Below, in pieces: positions 11,363 through 25,285 of a DNA stretch of 64,000 bases (position 1 is the first letter of the stretch; each line of letters begins with the position of its first letter). A program made the position numbers and the translations under genes. The notes beneath the pieces were generated by a model that saw nothing but the letters and a program-made list of their open reading frames with translations, was not told the DNA's origin and made no database searches. Source of the DNA: Adineta vaga (taxonomy: Eukaryota > Animalia > Rotifera); assembly GCA_021613535.1 (NCBI GenBank), contig CP075495.1:4712001-4776000 (forward strand), read 5' to 3'.

Positions 11363-13719
11363 CCCTTTCCAGCCGGATGTTGCCATTTGGCAACATTTTA
11401 CTAATATCACCATAGAATTTATCTTGAAGTGATGAGATATAGTTCCTTAAGTGATTTTATAATTAATTATATGCATTATAGGGCAAACCTGTGCCTTGTT
11501 AAGAAAGGAGAAAGCTGTTATCGAAAAGAGGGATGAATTATCTCTCCAAGACTCAAAACAACCTTCGAGTCAAAATAATCTGTTTTTCATTTGTTCGATA
11601 ATTTAATGTGAGAAGTAACTAGTGGTTAATTTTCTTCTCCAGGTCTATTATCTATTGCACCAGTAAGATGAAATAATAAGTATATCTGAAGAACACCGTG
11701 CAAGAATGTTGCCTTTAAGGCAGCATCCGGCCGTGAAGGTACAAAAAGTTGGAAAAAGTTAATTGCTTTTTCTCAATGAAATTCCTATCATTTGCTGTTG
11801 GTTTTAATTCAGACTGTCCAACGAAAGCATACTTTATTCGTCTGTCTACTTCTTACAGCCATAAGATGGTATATATTCTGATAATACTCAACAGCTTACC
11901 AAAATAACGGAAATATCACCTATTTTTCCTAGGGAAGTTCACGAATCTAATGAGATTCTAACAAGATTCGTAATTCCCTTTTCTGAAAGAAAGGGTTTAT
12001 GACGTTTAAATACGATGGTAAAATGCTTAAAGTTTGTCTGTCTATCCAAGCCAATCAGAATTCAGCATGCGCTAAACCCATGAAAAGTCACTATAGTTGT
12101 TAAACAAGGTTTGACTAACGGGTAGTTGGGACCGAACAATGCGAATCTGACGCTACTTTATTGATATTAATTTCCGAGAAAGTTTTACCAAACGGTTACT
12201 GATGTCTAGAAATCTGAATAAAAGACTAATTTTATCCAGAATTTCTTTCTCTGAAAGAAAGTGTTATACGGAGTATAGCAATGCTTAAAATTTGTCGGTT
12301 TATTCCAGCCAAACTAGCATCTGTAAGTTTTGATGATAAGGTGTTTTCGTGAGTTCCGTTTATTAATGAACAAGAACAAGAGAGATAGAAACACACGTAT
12401 ATAGATAAGATATAGAGAGAAGAGAGAGAAGAACTAGATGGCACACTGTGTACGAAATACGAAAGAGAACAAGATACACGCAAGTATATATACGTATATG
12501 TACCGGATGATTCCTTCATATATGTGATGATATGAATAGGGAAGACTTCAATATACATATTTCGGAAGTGTCCATACTAACAGTATCATACATACATTCA
12601 CTTACGTTGTATATACACGTTTGTTTTTTTCCTATTATATTAGGTAATGAATGCAAAGGAAAGACAAACTGTGTAGTGTAGGGCATGGAAAAAAAACACA
12701 TGGATGAAAGACATTAATTCACATCCGACTTAAAAGCATGCGTATCCAGTTCCACGGCTCGTCGATTCACTTAAATGAAAATTACTCGAAAAAAAACCAA
12801 TCAATTGTCTTGAATATAAAGATATGAAGAAGCTTGCTTTCTACATACACAACAAAAACTTCAATACATTTCAGCATTAATCTCCATTGTGAGTATATTT
12901 GATTATCTTTATATGCATTGGTCCATTTAACGTGACACTTCTGGCGTAAGTATTTGTTTCAGAATTTGAAGTGAACGTTTATAACACGTTATAGAGCAAG
13001 CTTGAAAGCGTAAGAAAATATATCTTATTATTCGAAGAATTGCTCCTGTGAATCTCTAAAATGCATACATGAAGCATTAATTCCAAAGCTGTACGGTAGA
13101 ATGTATTCTGTCTTACTTTGAAACTACCCTTGCTCCTTAATGTCAAGCTCTGAATCCCTCTGTAAAATGTTGTGAAGAGTACAACTATATTGATTCGGAG
13201 AAAACGTACAACTTCGGGGCTGAATTTTCTTTGGAAGCATGCAACGATGTGTTTTCTTTATTTCAGAAAAAAATAAGCGAACCCGTTGGATCCGCGCTAC
13301 TTGCGTTTTATAATAGTCGGAATAGGAATACTATGATGTACTGTAAATCTTGTTAGAATCTCATTGGATTCGTGAACTTCCCTAGGAAAAATAGGTGATA
13401 TTTCTGTTATTTTGGTAAGCTGTTGAGTATTATCAGAATATATACCATCTTAAGGTTGTAAGAAGTAGACAGACGAATAAAGTATGCTTTCGTTGGACAG
13501 TCTGAATTAAAACCAACAGCAAATGATAGGAATTTCATTGAGAAAAGCAATTGACTTTTTGCAACTTTTTGTACCTTCACAGCCGGATGTTGGCATTCGG
13601 CTCGATTTTAGTTCTTTAAGCTCCATAATGGAATTGGGTAACCTCCACACCTAAAAGACAAAGAATATAGAGAAGTCGAATTTTTTCCATGCTATCTTCT
13701 GATAGCCGGTTAGAAAGAG
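11363..13719. mobile_element. Non-autonomous TTAA-flanked (piggyBac-like) element with long internal inverted repeats
   Basis: TTAA|CCCTTTCCAGCCGG (TTAA at 11359-11362) and CCGGTTAGAAAGAG|TTAA (TTAA at 13720-13723); near-identical ~245 bp inverted repeat at 11721-11968 / 13346-13592; no transposase ORF. Confidence 0.6.
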
Positions 13720-14815
13720 TTAACTTTCTATACGCAAAAAGTTCTCATTTTCAACGTGTCAGTGGAGAAGTTCGGAACTGGTGACAACACTATTGAAAAA
13801 AAATAAACCCGAATCTAGTTTTTATAAAACTATTGAAGGTACAAAAAAGACAAATATGGTTTTTGCTTTTTTTCTATTTTTACTTAGGTTCAGCGTAAAT
13901 GTGTAACAGAAATCAGTTTCAAAATCTGTCGATTATGAGTTCATCAAAGTCAGGCGTATTTGAATGATAAATTTTGAAATTTCACAAGAAAAGAAGATAT
14001 TTATCAGAACTTTGCTGATAAAACCGTCAGCAGACGGTAGCATATAAAGAATTTATATTCATTTGATAACTAAATTCAATAATCGTATACGTACTTCTTC
14101 ACAGGAGCCTTGAGATATAATCAAAATCAAAATAGTCTTTCTATCTTATTTTGAGTAAATCAAATGTTTATGAAATCAATATCTCGTAGGAAATTTACCT
14201 GTTATAGTGAGCTCCAGAGGAATAAAAAAAGAGACATTATAAAATGTTTTTGATAATATTGTAAAAAGACTTAAGTTTTGTATTGATATGAATAGTGATA
14301 CTTTTGAGCACTATATGTAGGAACCTTTAGTATCAAATAAAACTTTGAACATTCCTCTTCCGCTTAAAAAACAATTATTTCATTTTTTTTTGTCAACGGC
14401 TTTTCGAACATCATGCATATCAAAATACGCTAGCGACATACTTGTTTTATGCCTTTTCTATAAGGTTCTCGTTTCCTACATCATTCTGTAGGAAATATCC
14501 TATATGTCGTCTCAGCCATGCTCATTCGGATCTAAAATCTAGAAGAGGATAGTTGAATTGAGTTTTGACTAGTAATAGAATTTTCTTGGTATTTTTGTTT
14601 GAAGAAGTAGAGAGATTAATCATGATACTTAATCTTTACAACTGAGTAGATAGAATATTTGTTAAATGAGCACGATGTAAATAATAAATGTGAGGTATAC
14701 ATTACCGCTTGTGATTTTTCCATTGCAGTTTTCATACTAGATATGTTCATGGAATCATTTCAGATATAAATATGGCACAAACTTTTTCTAATGATATTAC
14801 CGAACAAGGACTCAC

Positions 14816-14956
14816 CGACAGTTGAGCCTGCGACAGTTGAGCCCCGACAGTTGAGCCTCGACAGTTGAGCCCACCGACAGTTGAGCTCACGACTGTTGAG
14901 CCCACGACAGTTGAGCCCATCGACAGTTGAGCCCCGACAGTCGAGCCTTATATATA
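14816..14956 (+). repeat. Left TIR tandem array (9 x CGACAGTTGAGCC)
   Basis: Read directly; units separated by 1-3 nt variable linkers. Confidence 0.95.
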
Positions 14957-15200
14957 TTTTTTTTTGACCAAGCTAAGTTATGAATTGTTTGTACATTACT
15001 CACTACAATTTGATAATACATCACGTAACGATATGTATAAGTTATTAGCGGTTTTCCTCACTCCGTATACCAGCGACTCTTTTGTAAAGAATAAAAAAGA
15101 ATTCTTGATATTTGATTAGTTAGTAACTGAGCGAAAAACCATATATATATGTGAACAAAGCAAACGCGTACAGTTATTCTTCATATATTTTTCCTCAAGT

Positions 15201-16813
15201 ATGTCGATTATACAGTCATCACGTGGTAAAGATCAACTTTTATTTGATGGTTTCTGCTATCGAAGAGTTAATACAAGCCAAGATAAGTGGCGATGTGTTC
15301 GTAATAACTGTGCTGGTCGAATATCTTCTAAAAATGATCAATTTATCCATTTGACCGATCACAACCATGCACCTAATCCAGATGAATTACTATGTAAACA
15401 ATTCAAATCAACCATTGATAAACGTGCTGAAACATCAAATGAACCACCAAGAAAAATAATTCATGAGGCATTATTAGATGTTCATCCAGGTGATGCATCA
15501 GCCGTACAAAATTACAGGACAGCACAACGTGCAGTTCAACGGAAACGAAAGAAAAATGATATGCCATTACCAACACCATTGTCATTTGAAAATATCATTA
15601 TTCCTGAAGAATTAAAATTAACTAATACCGGTGATAAATTTTTGTTGTATGATAATGGAAAAAATGATAACAGAATTATTATTTTGTCCTCGAGTAAAGA
15701 TTTAAGTCGACTCCAGGATTCAGATCATTGGCATATGGATGGGACCTTTAAGGTTAGTTTAATACAATTTTTGAATAGCTAAACAGCGTGTTATATTAAG
15801 TAAACTTTTTCATAGATCGCACCAAAACTTTTTCATCAACTATATTCAATTCATGGTCATTTTCACGGTCGTTCATTACCGTTCTTGTATGCATATCTTC
15901 CTGGTAAAGGTGAACCTATCTATAAAGAATTTTTGGACGTGATATTAAAAAATATTACTAAACATCCGAAGTCAATAACTATTGACTTCGAAGGTGCTGT
16001 TATAAATGTTATTAAACAAAAACTTCCATCAACGAAAACAAGTGCGTGTTTTTTCCATTTCAAGCAAAATCTATGGAGAAAAATTCGGGTATGTTTCACT
16101 TGACTGAAATATGAATTAAATTAAGTTCTATATTCAAATAATCTTGTTTTTTTCGGTTAGGATATTGGTTTAGTACAATTATTTCTCCATGATCGTGAAG
16201 TTAGGCATCAATTAAAAAATTTTGCTTGCCTAGCATTTGTACCAGAAGAACGAGTTAGTGAAGAATTTGAAAAGCTTGCAGAAGAATCACCAGAGTCAAT
16301 AAATGGTTTGTATCAAATATATTTAACAATAAAAATACTATTTCTTTTTTATTGTATACGTAGAATTTATTGATTACTTGGAGGACAATTATATCGGTCG
16401 CAAAGGTCGCAATAACCGTCGTCGTTCACCTCGATTTCCGATTTCATTCTGGAATTGCTTCGGTCGTCTTGATTCACAACTTCCACGCACCAATAACCCG
16501 CAAGAGGGGTGGCACAATGCTCTGCAAGTAACATCTTACTTTTCTATCAAATCCTCTATTAATTATTTATTTAATTTTAATGCAGAGTTCTTGTCGTAAA
16601 CATCCGACTATATATCAATCAATTCATGATCTAAAAACTGAACAACACGCTACTCTTATATTTGCTGAACAAGCTGAAGCTGGAACTTCAAAAATTGTTA
16701 GGCGTGCTATATATGAAGAAATTGATGAACGTCTTCAAAATCTAGTTGCTAATTATAACGTATATCCTCAGGCCGAATATTTCAAAAGAGCCAGAGCTTT
16801 ATTTAATTTTTAA
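15201..16813 (+). CDS. MULE transposase with N-terminal FLYWCH zinc finger (5 exons)
   Basis: FLYWCH: LLFDGFCY...WRC...C...HNH. Catalytic motifs WHMDGTFK, TIDFE, CFFH, RTNNPQEGWH and HPTIY. All four introns (15753-15815, 16089-16160, ~16305-16363, ~16528-16585) keep the frame. Confidence 0.95.
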
Positions 16814-16861
16814 CATTTTTCAAATAAATTTTTCTAATATAAAAATTTTTCATTTTTATCA

Positions 16862-17003
16862 TATATAAAAGGCTCAACTGTCGCAGGCTCAACTATCGAT
16901 GGGCTCAACAGTCGTGGGCTCAACAGTCGTGAGCTCAACTGTCGGTGGGCTCAACTGTCGAGGCTCAACTGTCGGGGCTCAACTGTCGCAGGCTCAACTG
17001 TCG
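16862..17003 (-). repeat. Right TIR tandem array (9 x CGACAGTTGAGCC, inverted)
   Basis: Reverse complement of the left array with the same order of unit variants and a few substitutions. Confidence 0.95.
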
Positions 17004-19300
17004 TGCTACCCCGAACAAGATGAAAACGGTAAGTACTATATGTTATAATGGTCAGAAATCTTAATTGAGAATAAAAAGAGGAAATTTATCATTGACGAAT
17101 TTTTTAACGATTGTATAACTGCTTAACTATTTCGATTTAAAATTTAATTCTTTTGATCACATTTTAGATTTTCTGGTCGAAGAAAATGATAAAGAAATTC
17201 AGCAATCCAACAACGATGAGATTAATATATCTATTGGTCCCCCTCTCATTCTAGTGGATGCTAATAGTAATGATACTATTATTGAGAATGCCAACTCACA
17301 AATTGCGGTCCACGTCAATGTTGGTATGTACTTTTTCTTTACTATTCAAGTATTATGTCACCTCACTACGGCGAAGTTCACCTTAAAATGAGTCAATGGA
17401 AAATTTATCGTTGAAAATGTAGCAACATCTTATTAAAAAAAGCAAAGAAATTGTTGATGAATCTGTTTTTCAAATGATAACATTGAGCAACTAAAACATT
17501 TTCACGACGTAGAAAACCATAAATATATGCCGATGACTATATTACAGTATCAAATGATAATTATTAGTTTAGTTCTCTATTATCTAATATCATTTCAGAT
17601 CCCATACAATCACTGAAACAAACATTTGGACGTTGCCTTCGATGTAAAAAGTGTGATATCACCACGATACACGTTGACTGTGGTCATCTACATTGTTGTA
17701 ATTTATGTATGAATGTATGTCGAGAATGTTCTTTTGGGCAATGTCAGTTACAAAATCCAAATCATCTTAAAATTTATCTGGGTAAGATAAATCAAGTTTA
17801 TATCTTTGTAATCATGTCAAGTGACTGAGCACTGAGACTGCTTTTGTATGTTATAAACTTTCTATTTAGATAATCATTATAATACACTATAATCGTTTAT
17901 TGAAAATATTTTTCGATTTCAGGTCATGAGGATGAAACGCCAATGAATACACTTCCGATTCCAGGTAAATTACCAAATAAATGACCAATCAGTGATATTT
18001 TACTAGTGTCATTCACTGTATCTTTTAACGATTTTGGGCAGTAGAAATCAGTATACATTGTATGCCAGGATAGAAATGTCATGATCCCGCTAAATACTGT
18101 AGATGTACCTGCTTGCTTTCTTATTCTTTGTGCAGAAAGTATATGTCGAATTAAATCTTCTACAAAATGTATTCTTGGTTTCTGAACACTGATTTTATTG
18201 ATCTGACCTGCTGCTATTGTTACTTATAGCTAATAAATCGAGTTAGCCTTCTATTTTATGCCTACTACTTCAGATACAATCATAGTACGCTTTTTACTTA
18301 TAGTATCAAAGATAATTCTATTGAAAAGTTTCTTTAGATAATCATCAGTATGATGAATATGAACCTTTTTTCTTGTAATTTCAGTGGTGAATGGTGTTGA
18401 TGCTATGCCTGTTGATGCTACGTAAGATCAAAGTATGTATTTCTCTTTCTATCTCATTTGCATACTTCGAAGACTTAAAGATTGAAATAATGAAATACTA
18501 CTTTCATCTACAATTTTTCTAAGAAAATCTTACGCTTTAAAATCATACTTTATTGTCGTTCGTTTTTAGAGGCAATTCATACATTAGACCGTTCTTTAGT
18601 GTGTCGCGACCGTCCTGTACAACGCTTCCTTATTGCTTTTGGCAGTGAGACATGGTATAAATGTGGCCACGGAGTTTGCAATGATTGCTATGGCAGATTG
18701 GCAGGTTCAGAACATACTTTTGAATGTCCCTTCTGCCGCGCTGAAGTAAAAACGTTTGTAATTCCGGTTTTGTGAAATAACCCAATGTATTCTTTTACTT
18801 ACATTGCTTCATTTATTCACGTTCAACTTTTTGTTGGTTTTTTTATTTGATACGTGATGTGGCTCGCTTTGTTTTGTTCGTGAATTAAAATATTAAAATA
18901 TTAAAAAGCATTTGTCTGTGAAACATCTGTATCAGCACATTTTACTGTGTGAATTAAAAGAACGATATTATACGTATATAAAATCACTATTGAATACAAG
19001 ACGTTGTTCATCTACTATTCATAAGAACCATCTGCTAATTTCCTTTCGATACAATGTTATCGATTGAGTAAATTATACTTTCAAGAGAATTCTTTTTTTA
19101 CTACATTAGTACCGTTCAAATTCAAAAATCTAATATTGATTTTCAGATCTATCTATGATATTTAATATTTCGAGTTTATCTTTATATAGATATGTATGTA
19201 GTTGAAACACGCGTAAAATTATAAATACACACAAAAAGAAATCTTTATAAATAGCTCACAAATATGTGAGACAAATAAACAAGGAGAGAAAATGTTTTCT

Positions 19301-22300
19301 TCAACTATATTCAAATCCAGCTGCAGCTTGAATAGCATATAAAAGTTTTTCTTTGAGCATATTTTCATCGTTATATTCAGGTAATTTCAAGAGATTTATG
19401 CACGTATTTGATGTTGGTAAACGATCAATTTCGGAACCAGCAGACTGTATACAGAATTCAGGATATAATTCCTAAAAGAGAAAGTAATTGTTATAACTAT
19501 GCACAAACCATTTTCTATCGTTTCTTTTTCCATTAAAAACTATCCTATTATTAAATAATATTTACCTTAAATCCAAATAATGGTGGTCTCGAACAACTTG
19601 TTGTAAATTTTAACAATTTTCTTTTTTGATCTTCCGTAAATTCATGAACACATCTCCAAAAAGCTTGAATGACTGGATGTTCTTTATTGTATGGTGCTAA
19701 AATCAAACAATACATTTTTATTCTTAAGAAAATCAAATTTTTCTAACCTCTATATTGAGAATGATTTCTCCAATCATTAACATCAATTTCTCCGGGTGCA
19801 CCTGATATTAATATTCTTAATTCATTTGCATCAAACATTCTTAACCATTCGAGATTAATAACATCACCAAGACCTTGACGAAATTTAAAAACTTGTTCAT
19901 TGATTTGTTTATTTAATTTATAACTAGCAACAAGATGAATATATTCAATTCGATTTTCATCTGTTACAGCAATATTTCTTCCATTTGGTTTTAATTCCGT
20001 GACCTAGAAATTAGTTGAAAAGTTTACTTTTTCATTTGATTATCAAATCTTAATAATTTACTTCTGTTTGACCAATTTCACTATTCACAATTGTAAAATC
20101 TAGTCCAAGATCTTCGACATTTCCATCATAATTTTTCAAATAAAGTAAATTTCTATACATTTCGGGATCGAGTGAAGCTAAATGATGAATATCAACTTTT
20201 CCTGATGAACGTGACAGAATTTTCTGTAAGAAAAATGTAGCAAATGGTAATTCAGCAAGAAATTTTTCATAAATTGCCTAAAAGAAAGATGAATTAGAAA
20301 AATAAAACATACGATTCATTTCACAAGATATTTTTTTTACTTTGCCCAAGATTCGACCAAGAAAATAATAATGTGGACCAAAATTTTCATCGATAAAAGC
20401 AATATTTGGATTTGGATAGAGAAAACCATCACTAGTTATTTTAAACAAACCACGTATTGGATTGAATGATGATTTAAGTAATTCATTCATAAATTCGCGA
20501 AATAAACCACCACCATCAACACCTGCTTCATCAAGACCAACGGCATTTATGAAACTAACACGAATTTTACGGCGAAGATTCGGTTCTACATAGGAAAATA
20601 CATATCAATGATTGATGATAAAAAGTCAAAGAAAAATTTGTTTACCATTTTGAGGACTAAGTTTTTCAAAAGCATCTTCATAAATATAATCTCGACGAAT
20701 ACGAACATTAATAGTCGAACCAGATTGTAGAAATTCTGCACCTTGCTGTTGTTCGCTTTTATTTTGTTGAATTAATAAATTGAGAACCTTGACAAGAAAT
20801 AAATTTCTTCTCTTTTTCTTTAACAAGTAACATTTGAACTTACTTGAACTCGTGTATCAAATGGTATAACAAATGGAATTTGTTGAAGAATAGTTAATAG
20901 ACGAAGTTCAGTAACAGAAAAGGTAAATGCATCTGGTGCTAAAAGACGAACATTTCAAAGATGAGTCGAAGTAAAACAAAACGATCAAATTACCGCGATC
21001 ACGACTGAAATATGTTTCTGATGAAAGAAGTAACGGATCTGATAGACCCCGAGCAAATGGTAATATGTATGTCTAAATAAAACCAATAAGTAGCTGAAGT
21101 TTCAATTTTTGTTGAACTTTTCATCATACCTTCTCAGGATGTAATTGAAATTGATTTGTTAACCAATTTTCTGGTGGACAAAATTGTCTTCGAACATCTC
21201 TCGATCGAAGTTGTTGTAATAATTGTACAATAATCTAAATATGAACAGTACATTCATCCTATTCAAAATCTTCATATTTCGTCTACTTTGAAAACAATTG
21301 AAAATTTGGTCGCTTTTTGTCTTGCTATTTCAACTTGTTTATTTGCTCGATTGACTTTTAACATCGATTCATCAGTTTCAATTGTATTTGTTGTTACATT
21401 CGTTGATGGATTAGTTATTTGTTTGTCAGGATACATAAATCTTACAATACCCATACATACATCGCGTAAGATTCTAACCATCTGAGAAATTTCGGTGGTA
21501 TGAAAAGCAGTATCTGGTGGTCCACGGAAGAATTCATCATCATGTAATGGTACTAATGACATACTATATAATGAACAGAATGTTACAAGTAATGGTTCGA
21601 TACGATCAATATCAACATCTTTTAATAATGAACTGGCACATGATATATGTGATAGAAGAAGAACATGTTCTCTTTAGAAAAACAAAAGAAAAGCAAAGAA
21701 ATTTGAATCGATTTTGTCAATGAGTAGAAAACAAAATTTACCGATAGTCAGTTTCATATGTCAATGTTCGACAAACATGCCATAAATGACGAAGAAATGC
21801 CGTTGAAGTGCTTAAACTTAGTAGAAAACTAGAATAAAAACGTTTTGAAAAAAAACTCTGAATAGTAAGTTTCCAAATTTACTTTGATCGAAGTATGGAT
21901 TCATTTCGATGAAATATTAAACTATGTGCTATAGTAGCTAAATTCGCAATGTATTCATTATCATCATCATTTAATGTTTGATTTTGTCTATCTGCTAATT
22001 TCACCAAATAATTTGTAATTGAACGTTTATTTAATATTGTTAAACAATCTCCTATTAATTCACCATCAGGCTCATCCTAAAGAGAAATAAGATCTATTTT
22101 TCCTTTCAATGTTCGTGATAGAATAACTTACTGTATCAATATCCATTTGTTCATATCGATCGTGTTCATCTGTATCTTGATCATGTCTTGGTAAATTATT
22201 ATAATTTGTGGTTATTAAACCGTTACTAAAATATCGAATGATCGCAGCAATTCGTTTTGTTAACGATGCGGGTAATTCATCAATTCGACTGTCGATAATA

Positions 22301-23666
22301 AGTAGAATGGCATGTAATTGATATAATTTCCAATTTTGATACAATGCTGAATCAATTGGAAATGTTGGGTGAAAATCTACTAATTCAATATAACGTCGAG
22401 AAGGAAAATTTGGTCGATGAACAAGTGTTGGAATAATAATTAATGGTAATGCAGGAAGATCCGATCGAGAAACTAATTCATTTCGAAGTGTAATTAATGC
22501 TTCATCTCTAACAACTGAATCGAGTGATTGAGATTCAATTGGTCGAGCAATTAATTCCACAATTGGTTCAATAGCTGGTATGCGACTGGTTTTACTAACA
22601 TTGGATGGAACTTTCGATTGAATAACAGAACACATTTGTGTATAATAACCTATAAAATTATATTGAGAAAAGTATTTCGAAGTCAAGCATCATTATTCAT
22701 GAAATGCTTACCATTTCGAATGATATTTCTTAGAAAATAGCTGGTTAACATTTGTATATTTTGAGGAGATGAAGATAAATTGTCATTAATGTAACTTTTA
22801 ACATCAGTAAACCATTCAATAAAACGTGTTGGTAATCGTATAGATTCAAAAGACGAAAGACATCTGAATAGAATTTCATAGAATTAAACAAAATCTTCGA
22901 TGAAATTCACTAGTTGCTTTACCTAACTGTATATTTTAATAATTTAGCAATTGCAATTTTTAATGGTGGATTATCATAAGCAAGTTTTTCGATAATTGCT
23001 TGACGATGTTTCCAACATGATTCAATCAATAACATCTTTTGTAAAACGAAACGAAATCAAAAAAATTATAGATAGATCAAATGAAAGTGACATACCATAA
23101 GATTAGCATCTGTACTTGGTTGAAAACCAAATTTAACTAAGTTAGCAACATGTATGAGATTTTCTTCATTGAAATTTGTTGATTGCAGTTGAGTTATCAG
23201 TTTTGTAATATGTGCACGAGCTAAATTTGTCTGAAAAAGAAAAATACATTTTTAGTAGCTGCAAGATGTAATATCATGAAAGTGACAACATCAGTAATGA
23301 ACGGGAAAAGTATTTTTTCAAGACAATGTACAAGAAATACTCACTAGTTCTTTTTGTGCACTTATTCTTCGATAGAAACTTTGAATTTTAATCGCAGCAA
23401 ATAATTGTCGTCGATTAAGCTAAAATATCAAATAAGCTATACATGAATAATTTTCAATAGCTCGACAATTTTACATCTCGTTTTTGTCGTTCTTGTTCTG
23501 CTCGTTTAATAAAATCATCGAGATTTTTCTTAGAAAAAAAAACAGAAAGTCAAATTTTATTCTTCAAATTTATCTACGATTTTTCCCTTCATACCGAATT
23601 CGATGTTCGACTGTAATCCTGTGCTGGTTGTGATTTATGATTGCCAACGAATAAAAAAGAATGCAT
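19301..23666 (-). CDS. UBE3C: HECT E3 ubiquitin ligase UBE3C (many exons)
   Basis: N-terminal IQ motif [11 protein letters not shown]; [65 protein letters not shown] and C-terminal AAGFEYS*. Confidence 0.92.
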
Positions 23667-23758
23667 CTGAAAAAGAACCATCCAAGATCTATTTTATATC
23701 ATTGATTTCAATATATGTATGTGAATATATATATAAATATGCCCTAATAAAATAACGA

Positions 23759-25285
23759 TTAAATAGTAACAACTGTTGTACAAGAAACTTTAGCAACATT
23801 ATTAGCAAAATACGGATTTGTAGGAAGAATTTTTATAGGTAAATCCCAAGTCATGCTTTCGACTTCAATTGAATTTGGTGTTGACCATGTGGTACTTGCT
23901 GATGGATCACTATTTTCTGGTAAAAAACTACGCGTTGCTTTCGATGTTACAAATTCGAAATGTAATTTCCATCGTAGTGAAACTGAAAAAAAAGAATAAT
24001 TCGATGAAATTTGTGAAGAAAAACTTCATAATACTTTACCAAGATCCATTGAAAATGTTGGTGTACACGATAATGGAATTGAAAGTGATAGGTGTGTTTG
24101 TAATGTTGATAAACAAAATTCTGCTTGTTTCGTATACGATGTTATATTAGATAATAGACTTGATTTTCGACGATAATTTGGATTTAATATTTCTTCACTT
24201 TGTAATGTAACTGTATATTGTATACATGGAATATCAGTATTATCAAAATCGATTGTACCGAGAATATCTTCTCCTAGTTTAAAATTACTTTTAAATAATG
24301 TTAAACGACATACACGACCACGATTATTGCTAATATTGTACACATCTAATGATCGACAGAGAATATAAATATCTTGAAGAAAGAAATCATAATACTTTGA
24401 TGTGTTCGAGATGTAAGTATTTGTAAAGCATCTAAAGCTGTTGTTAATGAATCAATTTCAGTTCGACTGGAACATACAAATGGATTGTCTACTTTAATAC
24501 CCGTTTGAGATGAAGCAATTGCAGCTTTATCTTGTCGAATATATTTATCTAAATCTATAAAATATGTTTTGAAAATTAGTCTGTTAAATAATTTGATCAA
24601 TCAAAGTATATATGAGATACCTGGTATGACTAATACTCGAAATGGAACTCGAATAAGTGTTGTTGGACAATTCACTCGTTGTGTACCGATGGTTAATTTA
24701 TACGAATATTTAACATAATTTCCACGAAATGTAGGAGGTACATGCGTAGATATTGTTTCATGATAAGAAACTGAAGAAAAAAAACATGTTGTTTGATAGA
24801 TTCAATGGCAGACAGTATATATGTACATACATGTTCGTGTTTCACCTGGATGCAACTTCAAATCACAAAATAGTACACATGGTTTAGATGTATAAACCGT
24901 TTGACCAGTTTCACCTTTGGTTGCAATTAGAGCAGTCGAATCTAATGGAACAACATCAACATTCGTGGCCGTTGAATCATTCGATTTTGTATTAGTTGTT
25001 TGATGTTGGTGGTGTTGTTGTTGTTGTTGTAAATTCACTTTTTGATCATTAACATAACGTTGACAATGCAATTGTACACTTGCCCACGAAATCTTCTCGA
25101 AGTTTCCACTAAATTACAGAAATTGATAAGAAAACATTAAATATATAGTTTCTTTTTTCTATCAACTTATGGTTTGTTGAATTCTGTTCATTAGTTGATT
25201 TGTTTATAAATTGTATTTGACAATGGAGAGTCTCACCAGCAATGAAAACTGGACCACGTATAATTTCTGCGATTACTTCAATCAT
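23759..25285 (-). CDS. RGP1: RGP1, RAB6A GEF complex subunit
   Basis: [20 protein letters not shown]..., [46 protein letters not shown] and [17 protein letters not shown]. Confidence 0.92.

Larger units (their letters stand above)
14809..17010 (+). mobile_element. Mutator-like (MULE) DNA transposon, apparently autonomous
   Basis: 9-bp TSD CCGAACAAG at 14800-14808 and 17011-17019; ~140 bp TIRs each made of 9 copies of CGACAGTTGAGCC; internal transposase gene. Confidence 0.95.
14772..18775 (+). pseudogene. Double RING-finger gene disrupted by the MULE insertion and a nonsense codon
   Basis: Removing the MULE restores MAQTFSNDITEQDEN|gtaag. Exon ~17599-17781 encodes CLRCKKC...DCGHLHCCNLC...C (RING-like); exon ~18570-18775 encodes SLVC...CGHGVCNDC...CPFCR*; in-frame TAA at 18423-18425. 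Confidence 0.7.

Noticed and set aside
13724-14760. Coding-like fragments upstream of the RING pseudogene
   Set aside because: Multiple stops and no recognisable motif, so no assignment is possible.
14816-14956. CRISPR-like repeat array
   Set aside because: Linkers are only 1-3 nt, there are no cas genes, the host is eukaryotic, and a mirrored copy plus TSD show it is a transposon TIR.
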